A stretch of 63,913 nt of DNA, filler included, from Octopus bimaculoides (lineage: Eukaryota), in the NCBI RefSeq assembly GCF_001194135.2. It is 6 parts of 5 records of this genome, joined end to end, with 100 filler letters (N's around TTAATTAATTAA, not from the genome) between each part and the next. Parts side by side here need not be neighbours in the genome. Positions count along the whole stretch, not along the records: positions 61,538 to 63,913 come from NW_026415265.1; 5 more parts are not named here. One strand, 5' to 3'. How positions within the stretch are numbered: the first letter of the stretch is position 1; each line of letters opens with the position of its first letter. A program made the position numbers and the translations under genes. The notes beneath the pieces are model-generated. The model saw only the letters and a program-made list of their open reading frames with translations. It did no database searches and was not told the DNA's origin. This document shows, piece after piece, positions 63,007 through 63,913 of this stretch.

Positions 63007-63221
63007 TTGAGGTCAGAGGTTGGATCCCATTGCTTGGCATCTCAGACAAGAGTCTTTTTGAGGGAAACATTTTGAGGGAAAAACTGTAATTAAGGGTCGT
63101 ACGGCTTGGATAATTACTTAAAGGATGCTCGTCTAAGCGAAATATACAACCACTTGCACGTTACTTTAACGCGTCGGTAAATCAGTAATATAATGTAGCA
63201 TCTAATATCTTTACACACACA

Positions 63222-63400
63222 AAGGCAGCGAGCTGGCAGAATCGTTAACGTGATGAGCAAAACACAAAGCGGCATTTCGTCTGTCTTTACGTTCTGAGAT
63301 CAAATTCTTACAAGGTCGATAAAATGCGAACCAGCTGAGCACTGGGGTCGATATAATCAACTTACGCCCTCCTTTGAAATTGCTGGCCTTAAGCCAAAAT
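63222..63400 (+). mobile_element. SINE family B
   Basis: aaggcagcgagctggcagaatcgttaacg...gttctgagatcaaatt...ctggggtcgatataatc. Confidence 0.85.
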
Positions 63401-63913
63401 TTGTAAACCAGTACATTTACACACACACGCACGCGTGTTTGTGTGTGTGTGTGTGTTCGAGAGCTCAGTTTGTGAAAACCGGTAAATATAATACATTAGA
63501 CAATCGAATTCCATCAAGGAAGGATTGTCACAATGTTTTTTTTTTCTTTTTATCACAAGTACTTTAATGTTTTTACAACAATCGTCTGATAAATCTTCAT
63601 ACAACAATGATAATATATCCAGGTAAATATTCACATATTTACATCGCATAATACACGTCTCAAAAGGAAGAAACATTCTTCTGCGCCAATATATTGATAT
63701 CCTTTCCAAATTCCCATTTGAATAAAATACTAATGTCAAACAAATTGTCACTAATCGAAAAAAAAAAAATGCATTTAAATGTCTCCAAAACAATGAAATC
63801 AACTGAGATTTGCTTTGCACTAAGAAAAGGGTTCAGCGAAAATCCAGCAACTTTTATGGTTTATCGAAAATACTTAAGTGGAACAAAATACAAATGTAGT
63901 GACAGCAGAAACT

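Noticed and set aside
62845-63075. ORF with LDGLVSRLAI repeats; also considered as a CRISPR-like array
   Set aside because: Pure 30 bp tandem repeat with no spacers; the open frame follows from unit length.

Overview
AT-rich, repeat-dominated eukaryotic DNA, very probably octopus. That assignment is an inference from the tRNA-derived SINE families and the extreme (TA)n/(CA)n/(AAT)n load. Roughly 9 kb (about 14%) is assembly N-gaps. I can support no intact host protein-coding gene, rRNA, true tRNA or CRISPR array; almost all listed ORFs are microsatellite or N artefacts. What the sequence does support: (1) more than 30 copies or fragments of at least four tRNA-headed SINE families, some with target-site duplications, dimers and swapped tails; (2) decayed non-LTR retrotransposons: one L1/Tx1-clade RT of about 2.2 kb, one CR1 3' end, four R4/Dong-type fragments and three Penelope-like (PLE) RT or GIY-YIG fragments; (3) DNA transposon relics: a 1.57 kb TA-flanked TIR element, two mariner ends and several fold-back/MITE-like inverted repeats; (4) a CpG-rich promoter-like island near 1.15-1.27 kb. 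The most interesting signal is a set of type I hammerhead-ribozyme motifs found by eye. One has a complete catalytic core and GUC cleavage site (58578-58622, minus strand) and sits in a structured segment upstream of a PLE RT relic. Four more are minimal or variant motifs (3975, 24199, 27183, 41427). Also notable are a near-perfect 223 bp hairpin (60746-60968) and a five-fold tandem amplification of a Pol III A-box in front of a single B-box (62857-63050).
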